A stretch of DNA of 64,000 nt from Candidatus Latescibacterota bacterium (GTDB lineage: Bacteria > Latescibacterota > UBA2968 > SICM01). This document shows positions 40,907-50,719 of the stretch, piece after piece. The stretch spans positions 544,001 through 608,000 of the forward strand of contig CBDCJO010000001.1 of the NCBI GenBank assembly GCA_965217865.1, written 5' to 3'. Under the pieces are notes generated by a model. The model was not told the origin of the DNA. It worked only from the letters and a program-made list of their open reading frames with translations, and made no database searches. Made by a program: the position numbers and the translations under genes. How positions within the stretch are numbered: the stretch's first letter is position 1; every line of letters starts with the position of its first letter.

Positions 40907-41652
40907 AATGCCGGGTCAGCAAATTCTTATAGGCCGGCTCGACTTTCTCGCTGTTCTGAAATTCATGCCACTCCGCTACGACCTTGCCTTCCGGAAAGTC
41001 CATGAATCCAGGGGCTACACCCATCAGTATCTCCCAGGGCTACTTCTTCGGGTGTCGATCGAAGAACGGCAGGCAGTTCGCTTGGGGGGACATAAGGACG
41101 TCGGGCGTTGTCAGAGGCTGCGATGCTCGAACACCAAGCCGGCATTAAATAAATCACGGTAAAGCATAATAGAAACCGGAAGATACCTGGGAGATTCCCG
41201 GCATTCATCATCGGACTACGGCCTCCTTCCTCAGAACGGAACCGCTTGGCTGAGACACTAAAAAGATCCACGTGCCAACCCTCAGAGGAGGATAAAACTC
41301 TAATAAGATGCGATTATTCAGGTATCTCTCTGTTCCGGGACAGATAGTTCCACCGCTATCTCTTCCCCATACGCTCACTTTGTACCCGACCAGATCAATT
41401 CTCGTCGTGTCAATATGAGAAAACAACCTACATCCAGAGCCAGCCCAGCCATGAAATCGTACGCGCATGGTATCGGAGACCCTCAAGGGAGATGCAACCG
41501 TCAGGCTGTCAACATGGATTTGATAAAACCGACCATCAGGGTCCGGTTTATCCGAGTTAAAAGGGTTAAGGCCGCAGGACACCATCAGAAAGGTCAATGA
41601 GACAAGGACCAGGATTTTTCGTCGCATTACCGATGCTCCTTTCTCCCTCCCT
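40907..41652. repeat. Diverged direct repeat of 57099-57920 (lipoprotein gene plus downstream DNA)
   Basis: Collinear near-identity from AATGCCGGGTCAGCAAATTC to CGATGCTCCTTT, with indels in the gene core. Confidence 0.9.
41208..41627 (-). CDS. Putative lipoprotein, copy 1
   Basis: MRRKILVLVSLTFLMVSC lipobox, RBS AAAGGAG, beta-rich body with a Cys pair. Confidence 0.75.
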   Translation of the reverse strand: MRRKILVLVSLTFLMVSCGLNPFNSDKPDPDGRFYQIHVDSLTVASPLRVSDTMRVRFHGWAGSGCRLFSHIDTTRIDLVGYKVSVWGRDSGGTICPGTERYLNNRILLEFYPPLRVGTWIFLVSQPSGSVLRKEAVVR

Positions 41653-41662
41653 CGGGATGGGT

Positions 41663-41809
41663 GGGGAGATGCGGTGGTCCTCGACCAAGCGGACCTGCTA
41701 GACGAGTTCCAACCCGCTCCCCTCACCGAAGCAAGGGGAGATCCGGGAATAAGGGTCGAAACCTTTGAAATGTTACTGTTTCAATCCGCTCCCCTCACCG
41801 AAGCAAGGG
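41663..41809. CRISPR. Orphan CRISPR array A, left part (37-nt repeat)
   Basis: Repeat GTTTCAATCCGCTCCCCTCACCGAAGCAAGGGGAGAT: 3' stub at 41663-41670, variant full copy at 41706-41742, 32-nt 5' part at 41778-41809; two unique 35-nt spacers. Confidence 0.88.
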
Positions 41810-41819
41810 CCGCTTTCTA

Positions 41820-41927
41820 GTGCTCAACGCCTTGCGGCATCTGATAGGTAATCACCCGGCTCCAGGGCGCTCTCGATATCGGCCTGGGGAAGTGCTCAAC
41901 GCCTTGCGGCATCTGATAGGTAATCAC
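41820..41927. CRISPR. Orphan CRISPR mini-array B (36-nt repeat, different family)
   Basis: Two exact copies of GTGCTCAACGCCTTGCGGCATCTGATAGGTAATCAC (41820-41855, 41892-41927) around a 36-nt spacer; resembles Myxococcus/Leptospira type I repeats from memory. Confidence 0.85.
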
Positions 41928-41969
41928 GGTTTTCTTTGCGGCCTTTCGAGCGCGTTGCGTGGGGTCAAG

Positions 41970-42870
41970 CGCCGTCAACCCGGTAGGCGCATCGAGTGGG
42001 TCAGTCGTACCAGCATCGCGATCCAGACAATGGACCTCAAGGACCGCCATTGGCCACGCGGCGGCCAGTGCAAACGCGAGGTAGTACGGCTCATTGAGGC
42101 GAACGACAAGCACGAACCCGAATCCGGTTGAATGCTGCTCGACTGGGTGGCCACTCGCTTCCTGCAAGGCTGCTGCAAGATGAGCAAGCGTCCTTTCCCG
42201 CGTTGTACTGTCAACATCTTGAGCGGAATTAAGAGCCGGTATCGAATCATCGGTTCCGATCCGGACTCGTTGCATAGGGACCTTCTCCCACGCGAAGAGT
42301 TCTTGGTCAGGTAACACTCTGCTCGCAAGGAGCGCTTGCCGGATAGGGCTTAATCCTGGAAGGATCTTAACCTGTAGTGGAAAAGGGCCGCTGTCTTCGC
42401 TTGAAAGGTCATAGATCCACGGGTGGATTCGGATGAGCGATTCGCCATGGCTATCTTCGAGGGTGACGATTATCTCGGACATCGCGGGAAACTGATTGCG
42501 GTCCGCAATGCTGACGATTCGCCGTTTGTCTCCACCGCTCGGCGAAGCCAACCCCAAGCGATGGTGAGAATGCCAGTCACCGAAATAGCGCAGTCCCCAA
42601 TCGGCTGCAAGCCTTTCACTGAGCCCTCTCAGATATTCAACGTCAAGCCGAAAGTGTGCGTGATCACGTTGCGCCTTCGGTCCAGCCTTCGTCGCAAGGT
42701 AGATTGTTGGCAGATCGTGCCACCGACCGAATAGATCCCCTCCCGTCTCGACACTCGACAGACCAAGCCGAAGCTTCAGATGCGATTGCGCACAGTTCAG
42801 ATTCCCACGTCACAAGGAAGCCTCGCGGGGTCTGGGGTTGTGAGCGCCGCTTTATCAGCCGGGTCAGGCG
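41970..42870 (-). pseudogene. JAB/MPN metallopeptidase-domain gene, frameshifted and 5'-truncated
   Basis: Removing a 7-bp tandem duplication (42747-42760) restores ...VETGGDLFG...YFGDWHSHHRLGLASPSGGD..., the JAMM E...HxH...S..D motif. Confidence 0.8.
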
Positions 42871-42962
42871 CCGGAGCAAGGGGAGATTTCGGATGGCCAT
42901 ATCTGATAGGGTTGAGTATTTGAAAGTTTCAATCCGCTCCCCTCACCGAAGCAAGGGGAGAT
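42871..42962. CRISPR. Orphan CRISPR array A, right part
   Basis: 3' part of repeat A (CCGGAGCAAGGGGAGAT, 42871-42887), 38-nt spacer, perfect repeat A at 42926-42962. Confidence 0.85.
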
Positions 42963-42984
42963 TTCATCAGCCCCCAGCTGATCT

Positions 42985-44873
42985 GGGCGCACGTCCGGGA
43001 CACCGTCGCCGTCAGGGTCCCCAAGCTCCTCACCGTTGGTGGCCCCGTCTCCGTCGGAGTCCAGTATCTTTTGTCTGAGATCGCCCGAAAAAACGGGGGC
43101 AAGGTCGAAGCAAGATCCTGGTTGCCTGTAGGGTTGAGAAGGGATACATATTTTGGGATATCCCTGACCTCACAGGAGGAGTAAAGATGGAGCAACTGTC
43201 CTCAAACAGTGACCCGGTCAAGAAGCGCAGGAGCTTGTCCCCGGAACAGAAGTATGAGATTTTCCTTGAAGCCAGCCGGGGAGATGTTCCCATTGCACAG
43301 GTGCTGCGGAAATGGGGCATTCATTCCTCGGATCTAAAGCGTATTCGTGAGTCGGTCAAGTCCGGGGCCCTCAAGGAGTTCAAGGGTCGCCGGAGCCGCA
43401 AGCCGATGGTATCGGCTGAGGAGGTGGAGCAGCTGCGCAAAGAGCGGGCACGCCTGGAGCAAACGATCATTGAGCAATCTGTGGAACTTTCCCTGCTAAA
43501 AAAAAGTGTGAATGGGATCTGACAGGCCCGATCAAGGGCCACCGGGTGCAAGCTGAGGTCAAACGCGAGATCCTCTTAATGGTCCATCGGGCCAAGGAGA
43601 AAGGGGTGAAACTCACCCGTTCTTGCGAGATCCTACAGCTTCCCCTCCAGCGGTATTGTGCCTGGAGCCGGCGAGATCGAGAAGAGAAGCTGGATGGGGT
43701 GTCGGACCCGCTTTTGGATGGGAAGCCCGGGCCCGCCCCTGATGAGGCCCCACACGGATTGCTGAGGGAGGAGAAAGAGCAAATCCCGGCCCTCTTAAGG
43801 GATGAGACCTATGCCGATCTGCCTCCCCATCAGCTGGCGGTGGTAGCCTCAGAGAAGGGGGTAGTGCAGGCCTCGGCCTCCAGCTTCTACCGACAGGCCA
43901 GGAAAGAACGTCTGGCACGCAGGAAACAGGTGAGGACGCCGGTCAAGCAGAGCAAGCCCCAGGTCAAACCTGAAGGTCCTAATCAGGTCTGGAGCTGGGA
44001 CCTGACCTACATCCCATTTTTCGGTTTGTTCCTGTATTTTACCGCCATTCTCGACGTGTATTCCAGGAAGATCGTAGGATGGAAGCTCTCCTTCAACGCG
44101 ACCGTGGAGCAGGTCAAACAGGCCTGGGATCAAGCCCTTGCCAACGAAGGACTGCTGGACCTGGACACTGGGCCCATAAGCTTGACAGCCCTCTCAGATC
44201 ACGGATCTCAGATGAAGGCCAAATCGATGGCCCAATTCTTCAAGGACCTGGGCATCTCGCAGCTGTTTGCCCGATATCAAACACCCACGGACAACGCCTG
44301 GATCGAAGCCTTTTTCCGGACATTCAAATACGACTGGCTGCGCTTCCAGGACATCTTCACATTCCATCAACTGGAAGGCCTGATTGATTCCTTCATTCAC
44401 AGCTACAACGCCGAACGCTATCACGGGGCAATACAGTATGTCACGCCTCTTCAGAGGCATAAAGGCCAGCATCAAAAGATTCTTCACCACCGACAAGGTC
44501 GAAAGGAGGAGGCTCGGCAGCGCCGCATAGAAATCAATCGGCAAAGAACATCCCAGACCATCCACAAGGCTGCCTGAATCTTGCTTGGACCTTTATCTGC
44601 TTTTCTCTTGTTATCTCAGAATAGATACACCAGGGCGGCCAGACCGGCGTTCCAGTTGACCGTGGCCGACGCCCCCATGCCGTTCAGAAAACCGCTTTCG
44701 ACCACCGATCCGAAGATGTTGCGGGCTCCACCTCCGGCCGGGTTGACGTGGTAGTTGGCACAGCTGGAAACGCTGCCGTTCGGGATCTGAGAAGGACGGC
44801 CGGGCCTGGAAAAAGCGTCGGACGTGAGTGCCATGAACAGCAGCGCAAATGAAATTGGAACCAGACGTTTCAT
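42985..44873 (-). pseudogene. Secreted temptin-like protein interrupted by IS3
   Basis: Signal peptide, IPNG...CANYH...GGGARNIFG...LAAL | DSDGDGATNGEELGDP rejoins in frame when the IS and one CCA copy are removed. Confidence 0.7.
43064..44629 (+). mobile_element. IS3-family element, complete, copy 1 (orfA 43187-43522, orfB to 44577)
   Basis: IRs GTATCTTTTGTCTGAGAT / ATCTCAGAATAGATACA; A8G slippery site near 43498; WSWDLTY, LDVYSR, SDHGSQ, DNAWIEAFF; target duplication CCA. Confidence 0.93.
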
Positions 44874-45683
44874 TTTGAACTCCCCGAAGTTACTTGTCAC
44901 GAGTAGGCGGGATCGATGGGCTGCGTACGGGCTGTCGCGAACGCATTTCGATCTCTGTCCGTTGTACCGGAGTGGATTTGGCGTGTGCGTCTGTTGGAAA
45001 TCCGTATTCGATCAAGGCCGCTTCCCCGGTTCGAACTTGGGCGGGAGATGACGCGATACCGGCCCGGCCTTCTTCAGCAGCCGTCTTCGACCAATCTCTC
45101 TTCAAGGGAAACCAGACAAACACGATAAACCATATATGAGAATTGGCGTATCCGGTCAACTCTTGAATCCCGTGTAGCCAATGAATCCGTTTCAAAGTCC
45201 GCTATGTGTTTCTGGGGCCGGTGCCCGGACCCATCGGGTCCGGCTTCCAGTGTGAATACGTACCGAAGAACGTTCCGAAACATCGATGCCTCTGGCCAAG
45301 GGTATGAAGAGCATATAACAAATCAGGGGAAAGGTCAAGTCCTAAGCGCCTGATCTTCGCCGACGACTTTGGAAAAAAGCCTTCCTTAAAGGAGATTCAA
45401 CCAATGGACCGCGAAATGCCTACTCTAACCTGTTCCGAAGTTCCCAACAATTTCGTCCAGGTCATAGGCTGTCACCTATCGACCTCTCGAGGATCGAAGG
45501 GGCCAACCAAGACATGGACGCCTGGAGGGTGCGGGAATCAGTCGACTTTTTGTCACTGGCCTCAGGTCGGCGTGACGGCGAAGCCGGGGCGATTTCTGGA
45601 GTTTTTGGAGATCCTGAAAAGGCCGGGGCGAAGCTCAATGTCTCGAATCTGGCCGTCATCCAACGGGCCGCGACCGCTTCTGA

Positions 45684-45737
45684 TCGCTTGGATCTGAAGC
45701 TTCCCTGGTTGACAGCTTCCGGCCAAACGGCTATATT
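45684..45737 (+). repeat. 54-bp promoter-like module repeated at 48871-48924
   Basis: TCGCTYGGATCTGAAGCYTCCCTGG-TTGACR-N17-TATATT in both copies. Confidence 0.8.
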
Positions 45738-45810
45738 ACTGTATTCTGGAGGAGGGGGAGAGGGGATTCGATCGAAATTTGAGGAACAACCCCAGCAAAG
45801 TAGATTGCCC

Positions 45811-45862
45811 ATGCACCGGAGCCCACGATGCGGTGCCAGGACGAGAAGCGGGATGCCGTGCG
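45811..45862 (+). pseudogene. HGGxSTG-family protein start (stub)
   Basis: MHRSPRCGARTRSGMPC matches the RCGA(R/K)TRxGxPC opening of this phage/ICE family. Confidence 0.6.
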
Positions 45863-45964
45863 CAAGCTACGAATGCGGCGTTTTCCTTGGGCGGAATCAC
45901 CCAGCACGTTTTCAGATGGGGCTTGAGTTCGTTTTTTTGAGCGCCCGTTGCACGGTCCGATAGG
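45862..45964 (-). repeat. About 100-bp inverted internal copy of the IS630 at ~37879-37981
   Basis: Reverse complement matches the IS630 frameshift region with about one mismatch; no IS ends included. Confidence 0.9.
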
Positions 45965-45996
45965 CGCAGACCCCGGCCAGCCGAGCAACATCCTTC

Positions 45997-46666
45997 TCAA
46001 TGGTTTCGATTGTAGTAAATTATGGCCCCTTCGATCTCCTCGCGACCTACGGAAGGCCAATAGGGATCGACAATACAAAAGTCAGCATATGCCGATTGCC
46101 ATAGTAGAAAGTTGCTTATTCGATTGTCACCACCTGTTCGGATCACCAAATCCACATCGGGCAATCCCGCGGTGTACAGGTTTTCTGCAATCGTGTCCTC
46201 GGTAATCTGTTCTGGTGGAAATCCCTGGGCGGTTAGCTTCCTGACTACATCCAGAAGCTCGGCCTTACTCCCATAGTTGAAGACGAAATTCAAAATATTC
46301 GGGCCCGTTATCTTGGGTCAGTTTGACTGCATTATCGAGGACACGAAGGGTTGCGTTTGACAGATTTTGCCTGCTCCCACTGTGCACGATTCGGACGTTT
46401 TTTGAGTGCAGTTCCTCGGCGAATTTGGGTCCCAGGGTCCTGATGAAAAACATCAGTTTATCGACTTCATTCTCGGGTCGACTCCAATTCTCGCTTGACC
46501 ATCCGTAAACTGATACGACTTCAACACCAAGATCATAGCAAATATCGAGGACTTCCCGAATGTGTTCGAGGCCGGCTCTGTGTCCGTCACTTCGGGATAA
46601 TCCGCGTTCAGCGGCCCAACGGCCATTTCCGTCCATGATGAAACCGATGTGCTTTGGAGTTACCAC
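45997..46666 (-). pseudogene. uppS: Undecaprenyl diphosphate synthase-like cis-prenyltransferase, frameshifted
   Basis: HIGFIMDGNGRWA, SSENWSRP; frameshift near 46290; NYGS, DLVIRTGG, RISNFLLWQSAY. Confidence 0.85.
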
Positions 46667-46721
46667 TTCAGACTCACTCAGTTGGAGGGGTCCAATGTCG
46701 GCAGACGAAACAAGGCGGGGC

Positions 46722-47219
46722 TCAGAGTGTGCGGAAATAATCGACGCCAGGAAGACTAATATTGAAACCTACTCTCTCATACGCTTTTCGAGCAGGCAGG
46801 TGCGAAGGATCTCCTCCTGTGCAGACTTTGACGTATTTTATCCCTTCGGTTCGCAAGCGTTGGAACACTTCCTCGTACATCATTTGAGCGATCCCTTGCC
46901 TTTGAAAATCAGGATGGACCGCGTTGTTTCCAATCTCCGCCATGCCTGGATGGGGTGCGTTAGGGTAGAAACTGACAAATCCTGCAATAACAGCACCGCT
47001 CTGTGCCACAAGGATAGTGCCTGGGGTATCTGGCTGGCAGGCCCTCAGAATCTGATCAGTCTTCCCTTTTTGCCAATCGGGATGCATTAAGGCAAACAAC
47101 TCTTCGCCTAGGATCTGCTTAAACGATGCGAAGATGGGTGCCCATGCCGAAAGAGCGATATCTACGAGGCGGTCACTGTCTTCTGAATGCAGTTCACGAA
47201 TCACTATATTCGGTTTCAT
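46722..47219 (-). CDS. GNAT-family N-acetyltransferase
   Basis: Acetyl-CoA motif AVHPDFQRQGIA, PARKAYERVGF. Confidence 0.92.
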   Translation of the reverse strand: MKPNIVIRELHSEDSDRLVDIALSAWAPIFASFKQILGEELFALMHPDWQKGKTDQILRACQPDTPGTILVAQSGAVIAGFVSFYPNAPHPGMAEIGNNAVHPDFQRQGIAQMMYEEVFQRLRTEGIKYVKVCTGGDPSHLPARKAYERVGFNISLPGVDYFRTL

Positions 47220-47240
47220 CTTCTAAAACCAGACTTGCTA

Positions 47241-47729
47241 TTACGAGGCTGAATTCGCCTCTTGCTTTTTATAAGCCGTAATACCGTAGAGCAGGCCAAA
47301 CATCAAACCTGCAATGAGTCCCGCGCTTGTACCATAAAACAGCATCTTTGTACTGTAAGAAAAGAAAATCGAACTCAACAGCGTCCCAGCGACCGCTCCC
47401 CAGGTTGACTTCTCAATCCAGAAATCTGCTCTGCTGAATTGAATCGTATTCTGAGTAATCGTCCTTGCATACCGCGATAAAGAAACTAGAACCAAGCCTG
47501 AGACGAGAAGCTTGAGAAAGTGACTCCAATATAAGCTATTCCATTCTCCTGTCGTGTTGGTCCACTCAGGTAGTGACGTCGGCAAAGTGATATCAATATG
47601 ATCAAATGCGCTCTGGCTTACGTAACTGTAATGGATATCGTGCATCATCGCGAAGTCTCCGATCGTCAAAACTAAGAACAAAAAGCAACTCAACAGTGCC
47701 ACTTTTATCAGAATGCTGGGGTTACTCAT
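47241..47729 (-). CDS. Hypothetical membrane protein
   Basis: About four hydrophobic segments; likely ATG at 47729 after AAGGAG. Confidence 0.6.
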   Translation of the reverse strand: MSNPSILIKVALLSCFLFLVLTIGDFAMMHDIHYSYVSQSAFDHIDITLPTSLPEWTNTTGEWNSLYWSHFLKLLVSGLVLVSLSRYARTITQNTIQFSRADFWIEKSTWGAVAGTLLSSIFFSYSTKMLFYGTSAGLIAGLMFGLLYGITAYKKQEANSAS

Positions 47730-47772
47730 ATCGACATCTCCTTGTTGATGGTGTCCCTGAAGTAGAGGCAGC

Positions 47773-48702
47773 TCAGTTCCATGCGAGCTCATCTAATAGG
47801 ACTTTTACTCTTTCTTCGCTTCCATGAATGAACAGGGGCCCTATAATTCCTCTCCCGTGCAATGCATATATGAGGGTGTCGATCTCAATCATCTGGTGTT
47901 CGGGAGTCTTGCACATTGGCCACTTCTCAAGAAATTCCTTAACTGGATCTGGGCTTCCAGTAAAAATATTCTGATTTTGGTACAACTGTCGCCATCTTTG
48001 CCAGGTGAATTCATGGTTACATTCGGTGCATCTAAGCCTTTCAATCCTTCTTTTAAGACGTTTGGTGTAGATAGACCATTTTTTCTCATAACCGCAATAA
48101 GGGCACCTGAACAAACCCGATATGTGGTTGCCCTGGTTTTTGCAGCTTGGGCACTGAAGTTCCCCGGAGGTTTGTGAAGCACTTTCCTGAGACCTGCTTA
48201 CGGTTTGTTTGGCAGTGGGGAGACGGTGGATTATTTTGCTACAGTGAGGGCAAGGTAGTCTGATGCGATTCTTTATTGAATGCCTGTATCGCTGCCAGGA
48301 CCATGTTTTGGTGCATTCCTGGCAGGAAAGAATACCCTGTTCGTGAGTCCAAACCAGGTGTGCGACGCATTCAAAGCACCTGGGCACCCTCCTCAGAGCT
48401 TCTCTGCACTCAAACCAGGATATGGGTAGGTTACACTCGGGGCATGCGAAAGTGGAGGGGCGTTCACTCTTTTGTTTTTGCTTCAGATTCCGATAAAACT
48501 GGGCTCGGTAGACAATCTCACCGCATTTGGGGCAAGGAACCTCGCCTGACACCGCGCGCACGACAGTCAGGACATCCTGACAGCGTGTATACAACCCCCA
48601 GCCGACTTCAAGCAAAAGCTCGTCGTCGTACACCCCTAACTTTGAAAGATTGTAGAGGCGACGAATCCGCCACCGTCTTACTCGAGGTGTCCATTCTTCC
48701 AT
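47773..48702 (-). CDS. Multi-zinc-ribbon hypothetical protein
   Basis: Eight CxxC motifs (CPKC, CPEC, CFEC, CQEC, CPHC, CPSC, CPYC, CTEC) with repeated Trp-containing basic segments. Confidence 0.7.
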   Translation of the reverse strand: MEEWTPRVRRWRIRRLYNLSKLGVYDDELLLEVGWGLYTRCQDVLTVVRAVSGEVPCPKCGEIVYRAQFYRNLKQKQKSERPSTFACPECNLPISWFECREALRRVPRCFECVAHLVWTHEQGILSCQECTKTWSWQRYRHSIKNRIRLPCPHCSKIIHRLPTAKQTVSRSQESASQTSGELQCPSCKNQGNHISGLFRCPYCGYEKKWSIYTKRLKRRIERLRCTECNHEFTWQRWRQLYQNQNIFTGSPDPVKEFLEKWPMCKTPEHQMIEIDTLIYALHGRGIIGPLFIHGSEERVKVLLDELAWN

Positions 48703-48935
48703 AAAAAAGCAACTCGTCAGGAAATCTTGATGAGGTTTTTACACGGAAAAAAGTGGGGTGGGAGGATATAATCTGGGCCAATTTCGGCTTATCAAACGAC
48801 AATTTCCCCATTGGAAACGACCACCTGATTGTCCGCGAGCAGAGTTGCATGTGGAATTATGTAGTCCACGTCGCTCGGATCTGAAGCCTCCCTGGTTGAC
48901 GGCTTCCGGCCAAACGGCTATATTCTTCCAGGGCG

Positions 48936-49211
48936 TTACTGGAGTCGCTCACGGTCGAACGTCCAGGCTACGTCTGCCGCGAGGTTACCGTTGAACTCGC
49001 ATGGGTTCTGGAACGCGCCTACGGCTACTCCCGTGACCAGATCGCGACAATATTGGAAGAACTGGCGGCGACCGAGGGTCTCGTAGTCGAGGCAGCCGAC
49101 GATGTGGCCCGTGCGGCCTTCCGCTACCGCGCGGGCGGCGCAGGGTTTTTCGACCTGATGATCCTGGCCGCTGCCGAACGATCGGGAGCCTACCCCCTGT
49201 ACACCTTCGAC
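48936..49211 (+). pseudogene. PIN-domain (VapC-like) toxin fragment
   Basis: VELAWVLERAYGYSR...GAGFFDLMILAAAERSGAYPLYTFD. Confidence 0.8.
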
Positions 49212-49335
49212 GGTCCCGGTGCGGCAGGATGTGATCGTGAAGAAGCTGCCCGATCCTCCGGTAGGTTCGCAGGGTCTCCTGCTCAACGGCCCGTTTTGCC
49301 CGGTCCATACCTTCCTGAAGCAGATGCAGGACCTC
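49212..49335 (-). pseudogene. DUF1016 N-terminal-like fragment
   Basis: RAKRAVEQETLRTYRRIGQLL resembles the YhcG/DUF1016 N-terminal helix. Confidence 0.45.
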
Positions 49336-49344
49336 ATTCCGCAG

Positions 49345-49905
49345 GTGGGCCGGGATGCTCCGTCTCGATTTCGCCGTAGGCTTCCTTCTCTGTCTTGGCT
49401 TTTTCCAACGCCTGGAGCTGATCTTCGGTCAGGATCAAATGCTCCTGGGCGGCTTGGGCTTCCAGGGCTTTGAGGCGTTTCTGAAACGTCTCCAGGTCAT
49501 GGCGTAACCATACACTCCGTACGCCGCCGGGTGAGATGAAGAGGCCTTCTTTCTTCAGCTCATTCGAAGTGCGCAGTTGCCCATAGGCTGGTTTGGCCAG
49601 GGCAAAGGCCACGACCGCTTCTTCGGTCTGCGGCTCCACGCGATTCTTGACCAGGGGCTTTTTACGACTCATCTCCTGCAGAGCCATCTCGCCGCCCTGG
49701 TCATACAGCTCTTTAAATCGATAAAAGCTGTCGCGGGAGTAGCCCATGACTTTGCAGGCCTGCGAGACGTTGCCCAACAACTCGGCCAGCTCCAGCAAAC
49801 CCACTTTGTTTTTGATGATCTTTTCGTCCGTCGTCATCTGACATCTCTCCTCATTAAAAGATACTACGTTGAAGATAAGTGTCAGATCAAATCTTGACTA
49901 TTTCA
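49345..49905 (-). pseudogene. IS481-family element, left end plus 5' part of transposase
   Basis: Terminal TGAAATAGTCAAGATTTGATCTGACAC; [28 protein letters not shown]...EIETEHPG, then truncated. Confidence 0.9.
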
Positions 49906-50128
49906 AAATGGGCCACTTTTAGGGTCCCGGTCACAGCGGTACTGAAGACAACAGACCCAGCCTGATATTGCTCGCGAGACTCCGGCTGATCTCGAACGCT
50001 ATTCAAGATAAGAGCACGTTCACCTTTGTCCTCGGATTTCATGAATGCTAAGTCAGCGAGGAATAATGAACCGCGGTCAGTAGAATCAACAGACACTACA
50101 TCTATCTCTTCTGTGTGTGAAAGAATCG

Positions 50129-50662
50129 CTAAAAGGATGCTGTTTCAATTTCTTCCATAGAAAAAAGCGCACACAGCTCTATTCCAGACTGAATTAGTTT
50201 CTCTCTACCCCCAGATTGTCGATCAATCACACATAACGCATGAATAACTTCAATCCCATCAAGTCTAAGTTTATTCACAGCATCTAGAATTGCGCCTCCG
50301 CTAGACACAACATCTTCAACTAATACCACCCTGCGATCGTTGAGATCCGGTCCTTCTGCATATTTGCAGGTACCGTACTTCTTGGCTTTCTTTCGAATAA
50401 ACGCTGCTGGAAGGCTCGTAACATGACTCAGTGCTGTGACTATGGGTATTCCACCCATTTCTAGACCCGCAAGTATTTCAGACCCATCCGGAATAAAGCT
50501 CGCCATTTCTACTGCGATCGACTCTAAGATTACCGGGTCAGACTCGAACAAATATTTGTCAAAGTAGGTGTCGGATATCGCGCCAGACCTTAGCTCAAAT
50601 CTTCCAGTTAATTTGGAGACCTGCCTTATTCTTGACGCTAGTTTTGCTTTTTCCCCAATCAT
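50129..50662 (-). CDS. pyrE: Orotate phosphoribosyltransferase-like protein
   Basis: GRFELRSG, YFDKY, GLEMGGIP, IRKKAKKYGT, PRPP motif VEDVVSSGG. Confidence 0.85.
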   Translation of the reverse strand: MIGEKAKLASRIRQVSKLTGRFELRSGAISDTYFDKYLFESDPVILESIAVEMASFIPDGSEILAGLEMGGIPIVTALSHVTSLPAAFIRKKAKKYGTCKYAEGPDLNDRRVVLVEDVVSSGGAILDAVNKLRLDGIEVIHALCVIDRQSGGREKLIQSGIELCALFSMEEIETASF

Positions 50663-50719
50663 TATACAGCCTCCCAGTTAGTATCACTACCACTCAACGA
50701 AAGCTTAGATTGCAGTTCA

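Noticed and set aside
41817-42557. 246-aa ORF with a repeated C-terminal peptide (VITYQMPQGVEH)
   Set aside because: The peptide repeat is only read-through into the two CRISPR B repeats.
41663-42962. Complete CRISPR-Cas locus or in-window self-targeting
   Set aside because: No cas gene or clear leader seen; no spacer match found by eye in the window. The 10-nt ATCTGATAGG shared by a spacer and repeat B is too short to interpret.
45746-45777. tRNA gene or tRNA-derived att site
   Set aside because: Only loosely resembles a reverse-complement T-arm and acceptor stem; no cloverleaf and no integrase.
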